Positions 48,740-61,277 of a stretch of 64,000 nucleotides of DNA are shown one piece after another. Within the stretch, counting starts at the first letter, position 1. Each line of letters starts with the position of its first letter. Under the pieces are notes generated by a model, which saw nothing but the letters and a program-made list of their open reading frames with translations, had not been told where the DNA came from and made no database searches. The DNA comes from Malacoraja senta (Eukaryota), in assembly GCA_038087875.1 (NCBI GenBank), contig CM075994.1:1116001-1180000 (forward strand), read 5' to 3'. Made by a program: the position numbers and the translations under genes.

Positions 48740-49112
48740 TGTCCAGAGCTCAGTCCGTCACTCAGCACGTACACTTGCCGTCTGGAGCGGGCCAGTCGGC
48801 AACATTCCCTGACGGACATCTCGCTCTGCTGGGAGGTCAACAAAGTTCGGGAAGACCAACGAGCATCTTTCACCGAGTTAATGACCTTACAGCAGCATTT
48901 GACGTCCGTCTCTCAACGTGTCCTTGGGAACAGTCCGTGATTGGGATCCTTGCCAACTTCTCTAGACTCTCTTTGCAAATCCACACTCTACGAAGAGGTG
49001 GGCAACCGTCTCATCACCATAGCAGCCGTCCCGAGGGCAGCGTGCGCTGGTAGTGAGGTTCCGACGGTGCAGGAGGCTGCTTTCACCCTCATCCAAGCGA
49101 GGTCAGATATCT
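48740..49112 (-). mobile_element. Tx1/L1 ORF2 C-terminal zinc-finger relic
   Basis: Minus strand DLAW..LHRRNLTTSARCPRDGCYGDETVAHLFVECGFAKRV...VINSVKDA.WS.R...ECCRLARSR. Confidence 0.8.
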
Positions 49113-50044
49113 GGCGCACGCTGTCGGGCGGATGGGACTCTACCGGAGAGAGTGCGGAGGAGATTCCTCAGGATATTGCCTGGGACACAGCGTTTCAGTA
49201 ACGGTGAGAGACTGGAGAAAGAGCGCCTCTTCTCACTGGTGGAGCAGAGGAGGTAAGAGGGGACATGAAGAGGTATAAAACCACTATGAGCACTCTAGAC
49301 AGGATAGACCCCGGGAAACCTGTCTCAATATCAGAGGTAGATTAACATGGATGATTTCGGATAAGGGCGAGGTGGGGGGTTGAGAGGAATCTGAGGTGAC
49401 TTCACCCACATCCCGGGGGGTACCTGCAAGACTGTGAGAGAATGGTTCAAGCTCAGACATTGCCAGGATCGAGGAAGTGTCCAGACGAGCCACGAATCTC
49501 TTAGAAACAGAGACTCCGGACGAGTTACTCGGTGATGGAATTAACGTGGAACGGTAACCGCCGGCTGGCTGTTGACCTGGAAGAGACTTTCCACAAAGGA
49601 CAGGAGGTGCGTAAATGTCCAGCGGACGGGCACATTACGCGGCATCAGTGCCGGGCACATCGTTCGCATTACCGGGGACTGGTAGAGATGGTGAACTACT
49701 GGTTATAGGCTAGAAGATTTGACACCACCGTTCAAGGAGGGCGACAGAAGCAGGAATCTCTCGGCCAGTTCCCCCGTCATCTGTCTCTGGTGAAATGCTG
49801 TCTCCATCATTCGGGCGCTGTGGCCGGAAATGTTCATCATCAGTGCGCACAGAGCCAGCGTGGTCTACTGAGTGTGAAGTTGTCTTTGACGAATCTGTTG
49901 AATTTCAATGAGGTGGAAGCTACAGATGGATAAGTAGATGTTGTATATTTGACATTTAATATCGTGCAACATAAAGACCCAGCACAAGGGGTCGCGGGGT
50001 TAAGGGGACGTTTGGGCGTGTATATCGCAGTGGTTAAGTCACAG

Positions 50045-53000
50045 AAAATAGAAAGATTAAACGAGAACTTACCGTTTGAAGTTTGATCTTGATATTATGA
50101 GAAGTTGATGTGAGGGAATACGTGAAGAGCCCGACAGTCCGCATGCGCGTCAATCTTCAGAGCAGCTGTATGAAACCACAGACTAGTTGCTGAACTTAAG
50201 CTATAGAAAGATTAACGACCTTAGAATTACCGAATGATCTTTATGAGAAGTAGGGTTGGGAGTGGAGGGCACGTATTCCCTCACTTCAACAGTTCATAAA
50301 ATAAAGATCAAACTTCAAACGGTAAGTTCTCGTTTAATCTTTATATTTTATATCGAAGTCACGTGTGACTACGTGAAGCCTTCAAAGCTCTGTGGTTTCA
50401 TGCAGTAACCCAATCTGTGTGTGAAACACTTAAACAGATAAACCATTAATGGTAGAAAAACATGGGTTATTAATACCATGATGCTAACTTGCATACATGG
50501 CCATTGTTCGTAAACGGACCATAGTCCCAATTAACTTTGAGTTAGACAATAACTCATGCAACACTGTGCAGAATTCTATCTGCAAATATCCAGACATATT
50601 CAACCAAATTTTATAACTTATTAACACGCACTATGTGAGCCTCTTGCTGTATGATGAAAGGGAACTATCCATTCTATTGGCTGCTAATGAGCCATCAGCA
50701 ATATCTTGAGAGACTATTGAATAACAATAAAGAAACTATCTTTCATCTCATAGGTTCTAGCAAACTCAGTGTACTTGTATACATAATGATACCCCAATCT
50801 CCGCTCTGGTGGGTATGCTGTCAACTCCAAATGTACGCAATCATGCCCATTTTGCTTATGAGATCATTCCCATAACAAGCTACCCTAATGTCAGTTATGA
50901 CCCAGAGACCGAGCCAGAGATTGATTACAGACTGTTCTTTGTGCTGAAATCAGTTGCTAAAAGCATAATCAACTTAAAAATACTGCTCCCATTAGGAATA
51001 CAGTAGAAGAATATTTGCATAATAATTTACTGATATACAGCGCACACTACAATGAGTGTAGGCTTTTAGAGCGGCCATATAAAAGACACCCTGCATAACG
51101 TTAGTGAACAGCGGGTGAATAACCAATCATTTATTGTCCCACTTGTGGTACTATAGAGAATGACAAAGCAGCACAAGCAGTGTCAATTGTGCTATCACAT
51201 AAACGCTTCTCTAAGACCAAACTGAAAGCCACACAAACCTCTGTTACTTCCGTTTAAAAGTAACTTACATATTTTGTTCACAAACTTCCCATACAATCGC
51301 GCAGAGCTAGCTGCCCGAGAAGACAGGCTGCCCCAGCCATCACTCTGAATGAATAGGCAAAGTTGGCGCTATTAAATTTCATGTTGCCTCATCCTTAATA
51401 ACGCAAGAGCTATCTACTGATAAACCCCTAAGTTTTATCAGCTGCAAATTTTGCGTGTTATCTAAAACTCGATGACACAATTCCCTTTGATCTGAGTAGG
51501 GCAGCTTTAGCTTCCACCACTGGCTTTGTTATCAAAACACCAGATAATCTATGTGTATAGATATGGCAAAGTATGCATCTTCAAGATCTATTCTCTGAAT
51601 CAGTTAAATTGCTGAAAGCCAATCATCCATCTTAAACTGGGTAACTAAACACATGATCAGATTAGACAAATCCTAACCTGATTCGGCATGCTCCATGTTT
51701 CTGTAATCTTGAGAAGTATCAGAAATATACCCCTCTTGTTCTTGGGCAGACCACTCATCCTCCGTGAGATGTCACTGATTCCACTTGGAACCACCGTTCC
51801 TCTATTGACCATACGGACAGAAAATATTTGGCTTCTCTTGTCGCGGAAGATGCATTATCTAGTTATTCATACATTTCGATGATGACATATAATCAGAACA
51901 GTATCCCCTTGATATGGGAATACGAGTTCCCTGTCACCTCTTGGCTATAAGAGTCACTACGAATCCTCAGCTTTCTCCCTCAGAGTGGAATTTAGCATAA
52001 TGCAAGCCTGAATCAGGAATTGCTTCGCAGTCCTCTTACTGAAACCACTTATCTGAGTCGCCAGAGTGCGCAACACAATCTCTTCGACCAGCCACTCAAT
52101 CAGGAATACTGGTATTGAGAGCCTACGGATTATTATAAATACATTTTTGATTCACAACATGAACCTGCAGGTCAGATAAAAATACCATATGCCAGACCAG
52201 CTTCCTGCTGGTAGGTACCTATCCCAGAGAGGATGGCAGTAATGTTTCCAACGAAGTGGGAACGCCAGTAACTGAGCAGAAATTTAAACACGTGTTGAGG
52301 GAGACTTGAACTACTTCATTCTACTGAGCAGCCTGATCACCTCAATCACAGATGTTGAGGAAGTGCTTCCCTGGTCAATATGACCCATATGGCCAGTCAG
52401 TACCATGATGGTCTACACTGAACCCGGGTAACAAAGCTGTTCGTTCTTGGAACTCACAGAGGTTACTATGCAAGGCACCCTGCCAATGTCTCTGCATCAA
52501 CCTGATCTTTCCCAGAGACAGTGAAAATATACTAGACAGCCCATGCTGCCAGTAAACCCAAACCTGGGCCGACAGACTGCTCCATTTCGGAGTTTTACCG
52601 AGTTTAATAAAGAGATCTTACCTGCCAGCGTCTCTGAACCCGGGTCGATCTGCTTGTTGGAGCTTCGGCGAAATTCCATATGCAGACCCTGTCTGACCAC
52701 ATCTTCAGCCCCATGCTTGCCATTCCTTCAGCTGGTGTGATGTTAGGTAGCTGTTGCCGCTGGCCAACTCCTCTTGTAGTGGCTGCCCATCCCCGAGGGA
52801 ACAGCAAATTTACAGGCAAGAGCAGACAGCTCTTCCTTATGCGACTCTCGTACATCATGCATTAAAGGATGGGATTCAGGCACGTACTCATGTTCGCAGT
52901 CAGCTCTATACAGATCTCCGACACTCCCCTCGACAGAGTGGAGGAAACACTGCAACCCTGAACCAGGCGTTGCCACAGGCGTATGACGAACTGCCTGTGC

Positions 53001-54814
53001 ATGCCTCTCTAACACGGAGCACATTTTGCGCACCATCTCCAACACTCTCTTTATCGGAGAGGGAGGAATATTGCAACCCTGAACCAGGCGTTGCTACAGG
53101 CGTATGACTCGAACTGCCTGTGTATGCCTCCGTAATACGGAGCATATTTTGTGCCACCATCTGATCCATCAGATGTTCCAATTGAGACAAACGGCCAATT
53201 ACATCTGCCATAGATGTGGGGACAGAATCCTCTTGTCCCGAATCGTCCGACAGAGCTTGTCTCACATACTTGGCTTTTGCTTTGTCCCGACTCCAGGGTT
53301 GCTAAGCTGCTCCCTGTCGCAGCCGAATCGGAACTAGCTGTTCAGATCGCCGCTGCCAGAGACTCCGAAGTGGCCGTCGGCTTTCCGCACTGCCGCGGTC
53401 CTCTGCTGTCTGTATAAATCATCATTATTTATTGTACTTACCAGACAGGTAGCACCTGTTAGTGACTCCGTCCTTGCTCCCTTCTGGAGCCTTAAATGAG
53501 TATATCAGGGAAGGAAATAGAGCGCAACCCTGCACAAGGTGTTGCTACCTCAGGCCTCTGGCCCCATATGACCTGGATGAGCCGGCATCATAATCGGAGT
53601 CACCTCTTTCCGATACTCCCCACGACAGAGTGGGAGAAATACTGCAACCCTGCCATGTGTTATCCAGGCATATGGCTGGAGCCGCCTGTTAATGCCTCCG
53701 GTACACGGAGCATAGTTTGTTCATATGATTAAAAGAAGCATTTCCCCATTAGATCAGAGATTCGACTGCTCTATCGATATCCACATAGTTGGAGTATCTT
53801 ATGAAAGAATCTCCAACAGTCCCCTCTACTGAGCGGAAATTATAATGACGCCACCCTGAACCAGGTGTAGATCCCACAGGTGTCTGACAGACACAGCTCA
53901 AAAAAGGCTTCCAAATCCAGGAGCTCTGGACTGCAATGGCAAGTCAAATTTCACTACACCATTTGGTGTATGTGATAATAAATGTCCTTTGTATTCAATT
54001 TAATTCATTTTCAATTTAAAACTTTATTGGCATGATAAGATACATCGTTATAATGCCAAAGTATTAAACATGACCTTTGTATCCTATCTGCTATGATAGT
54101 CACAAACGTGACCGAGCGGCAACCGCCATTAAAAACCTGCCAACTCTATTTATAGCCGCCCTAAAAATAGAGCATAAACTATATGCTGCTCCAGCGTAAG
54201 CTGAGCCAACCTCAGCCGGCAGAATCTATGTTTAAAATTGCTCGGTGCTACGGCAGCTGAGCATACCTGGCGGTTTCTCCTGGCCGCGGCTATTTTTAAC
54301 CCACCGGCTGCTGCTAATATTTTGTAGCGATCGCTGACCTGGCTGCGCCGGCAGCCGCAATATCATATCCTAGCTCCTTACGGAGCCTCCACGGCGGCCT
54401 CCAAATCCGACCGCCTGTTCCCGTTCGGAGCTCCAACGGCGGCAGCCGCAAAATCGATTCCCAGCTCCTTGTGGAGCCTCCACGGAGGCCTCCAAATCAG
54501 GCCGCCTGCTCCCGTTCGGAGCTCCAACGCCGGTAGCTGCAATATCATATCCTAGCTCCTTACGGAGCCTCCACGGCGGCCTCCAAATCCGGCCGCCTGT
54601 TCCCGTTCGGAGCTCCAACGGCGGCAGCCGCACAGGGTGCGCCCGTCAGCTACTCCGGGCCTGCTGTACCGCAGTGACCTGCTGAAAACAAAATTAACTT
54701 ACCTGCCAGAGCATTTTCGAACTGCTCCGACTCCCGCGCCATGCGTCGACGTAGTGACTCGCATGCGGGCTGGCGGGGTCTTCACATAGTCACTCACGTG
54801 ACTTCGATATAAAA
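50045..54814 (-). mobile_element. Full-length DIRS1-type tyrosine-recombinase retrotransposon with decayed ORFs, inserted in a CR1 remnant
   Basis: Inverted terminal repeats (about 50120-50160 vs 54750-54790). Internal complementary region 50270-50378: its left half is the reverse complement of 50048-50123 and its right half that of 54780-54814, joined at TTTT. RT remnant DLEDAYFA at about 51567-51592 (-). Flanks rejoin as CR1 RT. Confidence 0.88.
54351..54632 (+). repeat. 91-bp GC-rich tandem repeat (3 units) in the DIRS 5' region
   Basis: Units start at 54351, 54442 and 54533, with a partial unit at 54624. Confidence 0.9.
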
Positions 54815-55026
54815 CATAATGTAGGGATCAGTAATGACTGGCGGTGTCAAAGCGATCAGTGCTGGGCCTCTGTTTACCATCTGTACAGATGAAGGGACCG
54901 AGTGCACCGTCGCCACATTTGCTGCTCAGAAAACAATGCGCGGAGCAGCGCGTTGTGCCGAGGCCACAAGCGCCAACAGAGGGATGGAGAGATATTACGT
55001 GGATGGCCAAGAAGTAGCACAAGGTC

Positions 55027-55422
55027 GAGTTGCCTGTTCCTGATCTATGTCCGTATGCACATGGTCTTGGAGGAGCCGAGTGCATGTTCTGGCCCATGTC
55101 CGTGTACTCACTGTCCTGGAGGGGCAGTGCGGATTGTTACTGGGTCTTGTCCGTGTACACACTGTCCTTGAGGAGCCAAATGGCCTGTTCCTGGTCTATC
55201 TCCGTGAGCACATGGCCATTGAGGGGCGAGTGGCCTGTTCCGATCTATGTCCGTGTACACAAGGTTTTAGAGGGGCGGAGTGGCCTGTTACCGATCTCTG
55301 TCCGGGTACACATGGTCTTAGAGGGGTCGAGTGGCCTTTCCCTGGCCCATGTCCGTGTACACACTGTCCTGGAGGGGCCGAGTTGCCTGTTCCTGGCCTG
55401 TGTCCATGTACACATGGACCTC
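55027..55422 (+). repeat. About 51-bp diverged minisatellite (8 units) resembling the CR1 3' terminal motif
   Basis: Consensus GAGTGGCCTGTTCCTGGYCTATGTCCGTGTACACAYKGTCYTGGAGGGGCC; compare the CR1 tail GAAGGGCCGAATGGCCTACTCCTGCACCTAT. Confidence 0.8.
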
Positions 55423-55459
55423 GGGTTCGGGCGAAGGGTGGAGATGGTTCGGTATTCCG

Positions 55460-55830
55460 TGGTCATTTGAACTCTCAATCACTCGGATGGAGCGGAGCGA
55501 GAGATGTCCCCGATGTGAAATCCGCTCGTTACACAAGGTGCATATAAACGCTTTCCCTCACGCGGCGGATCAGCGTGTGAACCCTCTTCTGATACTCCGG
55601 GCAGTCGAGATGCCAGTGTGCGCCGTGAATGCGCCGGTGTTCCCTGAGTTTACTACGGCTGTTGAACCCCCTGGTGCGCAGGGCCACCCGAGCGGCTTCT
55701 CGCCGCTGTGGATGGTCCGGTGTGGGCCCGGGTCACTGCATGTGTGAAACCGCCGTTGACCGTCGAGCGAGCACGGCCAGCAGAAGCACATCCCACAGAC
55801 CCGCACACGAGGGTGTCCCCTCACGCAGCG
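55460..55830 (-). pseudogene. Decayed C2H2 (Kruppel-type) zinc-finger array
   Basis: Minus-strand pieces VCGMCF..PCSLDGQRRFHT, HRTIHSGEKP, TRGFNSRSKLREHRRIH, QKRVHT and FICTLCNERISHRGHL in shifting frames. Confidence 0.65.
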
Positions 55831-56115
55831 CCCGGCAGCCGAACTCAACGGCCCTGCCCGCTCACCAACGGCACTACTTCCTTAGAAGGCTTGGGATGCT
55901 CATCATGTTCCCAACCACTTTCATAGAAAGCATTTTATCGGGATGCATCACAGCATGATTTAGGAACAGCTCCATCCAAAATCACAAGAAGTTGCAAAGA
56001 ATTGTGGACAATCACACAAACCAACCTCCTTTCCATTGACTCCATTTACACCTCACGCTGCTGCTGGCAAAGCCAGCAGCATCATCAATGACGAAGCACA
56101 CCCTGGCCGGGTATA

Positions 56116-59100
56116 GATCAGCTTCTTCCATGTCCTCGGCACTGTCACCAGATGGACGATCGACCTTCACCATGGAGAGACACTCAGGGAAGAGAGAGAG
56201 AGGGAATACAGTGGTTATTTGAAGTTAGAGAAATCAAAATTCAAACCACTGGGGTGTTAGCTGCCCACGGAAAATATGAGATGCTGTTCCTCCAATTTGC
56301 TGTTCGCCTCACTATGACAATGGAGGAGGCCAAGGAAGGAAATGTCAGTAGGGGAAACGACGGAGAATTAAAGTGTTTGGCAAATTCTGGTTCTGAGTAA
56401 CGAAGATGAAAAATGAAATCTGATCCCCCTTATGAACAGACTCAGAGTCTTACCCTCATGAACAGGGAACATTGTGATGAATATATGGCTTAATCCAAAG
56501 AAAGCTATTTTTTAAATTTACAATTATAGATGAACTGGGTTTGATTAATGAACCGTGTATGCAAAATTTGATGATTCGTTGGGAAGTTCGGTTCTTGTTC
56601 TGGGAGAAATGCGTAGTCTCAACAGGAGCTACAAATCAACACACCCTATTGAGTATTGATCGGGATATCTGACAACTGGGAAGCAGAACAAAGTAAGTGT
56701 ATCCATCATGCAATACCAGTAGGGGAAAGGTAACGAGAAGACGGAGACAGAAAGAGTGACAACAGAAGAAGAAGACGTTGATGAAATAGAGAAGGGTAAG
56801 CGACAGAACGGAGGTGGGAATTAGACAGGAATAGACGGAAAGGAGTCTGAGAGAAAGAGATGTCGGAACCACAGGCGTCAGGGAATGGGAGAACCATTAG
56901 GGGAAGAGGGATGTGCTGGAGAGGAGGAAAGACGATGGAGAGAGACGACAGAGGGTGAGAGGTGATTCAAAGGAGGCAGAGCTACCAGAGAGAAAGAAAT
57001 GCGAAGGTGATGAAGAGAAGTGAGCGCAGTCACAAACAGAGAGAGGTAATAGAGAGGAGCAGAGAAAGTGGTAGAGAGATCACGGGGGGGGGAGGGGTTG
57101 AGGTGATCGAGAGAGACAGGGATGTGGTGACGCTAACAGAGGAGGAGAATGGCAACATAAACTGGGGCAATGGGAGAGGCAACAGAGAGTGGGGCAATGG
57201 GAGAGGTGACAGAGTGGGTCAATGGGAGAGGTGACAGAGTGGGGCAATGGGAGAGGTGACAGAGTGGGGCAATGGGAGAGGTGATAGAGTGGGGCAATGG
57301 GAGAGGTGACAGAGTGGGGCAATGGGAGAGGTGCCCGATGGAGTCAAAAGAGGGAAACAGAAGATGTAGTGCAGACCCGAACTACACATTTCTTCCATAA
57401 CCAAGTAATCTCTTCCACTGCGTTACTTTGTAGTTGTGCAGTAATCAAATAATAAATGATTCATAAAATGAAATAAAATGCTTGACGCCATCAACACCAG
57501 TTGTTGATTCCTCTGCACTAACAAAATAAATCATGTGATTTCTCTGAAATACTACATTAAATGAAAAATTATGGTGAAAATAGCTGTAAATTAAGCTGCC
57601 TGTTATAACAATCTCCAGAAGAAACAGAATTGTGAAATAGGCTGGAGAAAACAGGGATAATATGATTCAATGAAGGGCAAAGGGTCAGTGGGGGGTCATG
57701 ATGATATTACTGATAAAGAACCAGGTGGAGAGATGCAGAGGGTCGTTAGAGAATGATCGTCCCTCAGGTACACGGTTCTTACTCATGTTTGGATAAGGGC
57801 GAGGATAACAGAGAATGTGTGCACACTGTCCATGCGACCAATCAAGTACAGGGCGAACAGAGTAATGCAGTAGCAACAGAGGGTGGCATGATCCATGGAA
57901 CTGACACAGCCCTCTGCAGCAGAGACAAGGAGCAACCCACCATGTGGATAACAAGGAATGACAGATGATGGAATCATGAGCACAACACAACGTTCTGAAA
58001 TAACTCAATGGGTCAGGCAGCATCCAAAGAAGAATGCTGACCCGAAACGTCGTCCATCCATGTTCTGCCTGACCCGCTGAGTTACTCCAGCACTGTGTTT
58101 TCTTTAAGGTAATCTCTTCTGGGATAGAGAAGAGCTTGGAATAAGAAGGAAATGATTAACTCGTTTGACTAGGAAGAAGGTTCCACTGAGGGATTGTGAA
58201 TAATTTAAGGCAAAATTAGAAAGCAAAACCTCCAATTTGATAGCCCCTGGGTTTTCACCAGAGCCAATTGCAAATTGTCAGAGGATTGAATTTAAGGCTG
58301 AGTAAATGAACATGTAGCACAAAGTAGAAGTTGTGGACTTCAGGATATTAAGGGCATTATGTGGAACGCCTGGATATTAAAGGCAACCATGATCTGTGTG
58401 GACAGAGTAGGGTCGACTCCCATGACTAACAGTTTAAAGTGTAGAAGGAAGGAACTGCAGATGCTGGTCTACATAAAAAAGACACAAAGTGTGGGAGTAA
58501 TTTAGCGGGTCAGGCAGTATCTCTGGAGAACACGGATAGGCGACGTTGTCGGGTCGTGACCATTCTTCAAACTCACAATGACTGACAATGTATAATGTTT
58601 CTCAGTTTTACAGACCACGGTGTTACTTAGACTGAATTTATCTTGCTTTCAGGTTCACACTTAGTCTGAATCCCTCCCGAATATAAAGCTCCTTGCTTTC
58701 TGCTGCCTTTGGCATCTGTTCGGACCACCATCAGTCGCGGGGGGTTCAGTGTCCTGGCTCCCGGACGTGGAAGCTGGAAGTGGTCGAGCAGTCATGTGAC
58801 TTGCAGGAAGCAGGGTGGGAAGATGTGTAGGCGAGATAATTTCGGGAGTCCATCGGTGTATAATAGACCTGAATCGATCGTCTATCTCCTGTGATGGAGA
58901 CGGTGGGTTCAAGAAAGGGGAGGGAGGTGCCGGAAATGGTCTAAGTAAACTTGCGGGCTGAATGAAAATTAGTAGAAACATAGACAAAATAGGTGCAGTA
59001 GGCCATTCGGCCCTTCGAGCCGGCAGCGCCCTTCAATATGATCATGGCTGATCATCTAAAATCAGTACCCCGTTCCAGCGTTCTAGCCTGTCCAATCCCG

Positions 59101-61170
59101 AAATTATTTCATATGTTTCAATAAGATCTCATCTCAACCTTCTAAATTCCAGTGAATACGAGCCCAGTCAATCCACTATTTCATATTATGTCAGTCCTGC
59201 CATCCCGCGAATTAACCTGGTGAACCAACGCTGCACTCCCTCAATAGCAAGAATGTCCTTCCTCAAATTCAGAGGCCAAAACTCCACACAATACTCCAGG
59301 TGTGGTCTCACCAGGGACCTGTACAACTGCAGTTGGACCTCCTTTCTCCTATACTCAAATCCTCTCGCTATGGCCAACATGCCATTTGCTTTCTTCACTG
59401 CCTGCTGTACCTGCATGCTTACTTTCAGTGACTGATGTACAAGGACACCCAGATACGTTGCATCTCTCCTTTTCCTAATTTGATACCATTCAGATAATTA
59501 TCTGTCGTCTTGTTCTTGCCACCAAAGTAGATAACCTCACATTTATCCACATTGTACTGCATCTCCCATGTATCTGTCCACTCACCCAATCTATCCAAGT
59601 CACCTTGCAGCCACATAGCATCCTCTTCGCAGCTCACACTGCCACCCAGCTTTGTGTCATCCGCAAACTTGGAGACGTTACATTTAGCTCCTTCATCTAA
59701 ATGAAATGAATGAAGTCTATGGGTGCGGCATGAGTGCAGGAGGTAGCACCGATGCAGTCATGAATGTAACGGAGATAGAGTTCGGCTGATTGGGCCAGTC
59801 TACGCCTGGAACAGGGATTGTTGAACTTACCCTACAAAGAGGCCGGCATAGCTGGGGCCCATGCGAGTGCCCATAGCTACGCCTTTGATTTTGAGGAAAT
59901 GAGAAAAGTCGAATGAGTTGTCAAGTGTGAGGACCAGCTCCGCTAGGCGGAGGAGAGTGTTAGTAGAGGGAAATTGTGTGGTTCTGCGATCGAGGAAGAA
60001 ACGGAGGGTGTTCAAGCCGTCTTGGTGGGGGATGGAGGTGGAGTGACTGAACATCCATAATAACGATGAGGGATTGGCGTGCGAGGTATATTGGACATAG
60101 GTCGGGAGAGATTGGACCAGGGGGGGTCGGGTGGAGTCTAGGTACGTGGAAATCATTTCAGTGAGACAGGAGTAGGCAGAAACAGTGGGTCTGCCAGGGC
60201 AGTTGTGTTTATGGATTTTGTGGAGAAAGTAAAACCGGGCCAATTGTTGCAGGTTCGGTCAGTGCTAAGAACTTGCTAAGAAATGTAAATGTAGTGTCAG
60301 CTTTCATTTGGGGAGCTAGAATAAAAAAGCAAGCAAGTAATGCTGAGGCTTTATAACAGTGCTCTTCAACCTGAGCTGTACCGCCAACTAGTGGGCGATT
60401 TAAGCTTTCAGGTGGGCAGTAGAATAATTACATGCGTTAAAAACATCCAAAATATACAAACTCAAATCTGTTAGAGAATGTATGTGAAAAGAAAAAGTTA
60501 CTAACATTTTAGAGAAAAGTATTTGAATTATGTATATAAATGTTTATGCTGCATTAATTTTTAACGATGTAAAATATTGTAATGTTTATCCGCCACCAAA
60601 CCCCCCGGGAGCCGGCGCGGAGCCAGGCTGGAGCCGAGCCCCGAGCCCCCTCCATGCCGGCTGCGAGCCCGGCCCGACTCCTCAGGCCGCGGCCGGACGG
60701 GGCGGCCCAGCGGCGGATCGGTGGCGCCGGAGACCCACGCCCACTCCGGGGCTGTCGGTTGGCCCGGCAGGGCGGCGCTGCTTCTCCGCGCTGGCTGTGG
60801 TCCAACCGACAGCCACCGGAGAGACAGGACATCGGAACTCTCCTGCAGACACCCGCCCAATAAAAGCCCCTCTCCCGTTGCCCAATCCCTATCTCCTCTC
60901 TCCTAACATCTATCCCGTTGACCGCCGCTCCTTTGCTGGAATCGCTCTTCAGTGATTCCCGTCGTTGCACCGACTGTGGCCGGAGCTCCGGGTCTGTGGA
61001 GAATCGCACCTGCCCTCCCCTGTCGCTGCTTTGGAGCCGAGGGGGGCAAACGACAGCCATGGAAAAGGCGAGAGGCGCAGCGGACGGTCACCTGCCCGCC
61101 GAGGTCGCTCTGGACCTGTGAAGATGCCGAAGGCTTCGGGTCCCACTCACTGTGGGGGAGGGCAGGTGCG
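56116..61170 (+). repeat. Segmental duplication copy B (no Gypsy; about 700-bp and 240-bp deletions; hAT left end only, TIR at 60357-60372)
   Basis: Collinear with 2348-12986. Empty Gypsy site ATATGTTTCAATAAG at about 59111-59125. Confidence 0.9.
57160..57332 (+). repeat. 25-bp G-rich minisatellite, about 7 units
   Basis: Same unit as 4078-4506. Confidence 0.95.
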
Positions 61171-61277
61171 ATTCCCCACAGACGGTGCAGGGACGGAAAT
61201 CGCTGAGCAGCGATTCCTGCAAAGGAGAGGCAGTCAACGGGATAGATGGCAGGAGAGAGGAGGCACGGATTGGGGAA
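60881..61277. repeat. Long imperfect inverted repeat (arms about 60881-61020 and 61155-61277)
   Basis: CCCAATCCC..CTCCTCTCTCCT..CATCTATCCCGTTGAC and GAATCGCACCTGCCCTCCCC are mirrored on the opposite strand. Confidence 0.8.

Noticed and set aside
48662-49201. Two in-frame + strand ORFs separated by one TGA (possible selenoprotein or readthrough)
   Set aside because: The opposite strand encodes a recognisable Tx1 ORF2 zinc-finger C-terminus, so the + ORFs are antisense shadows.
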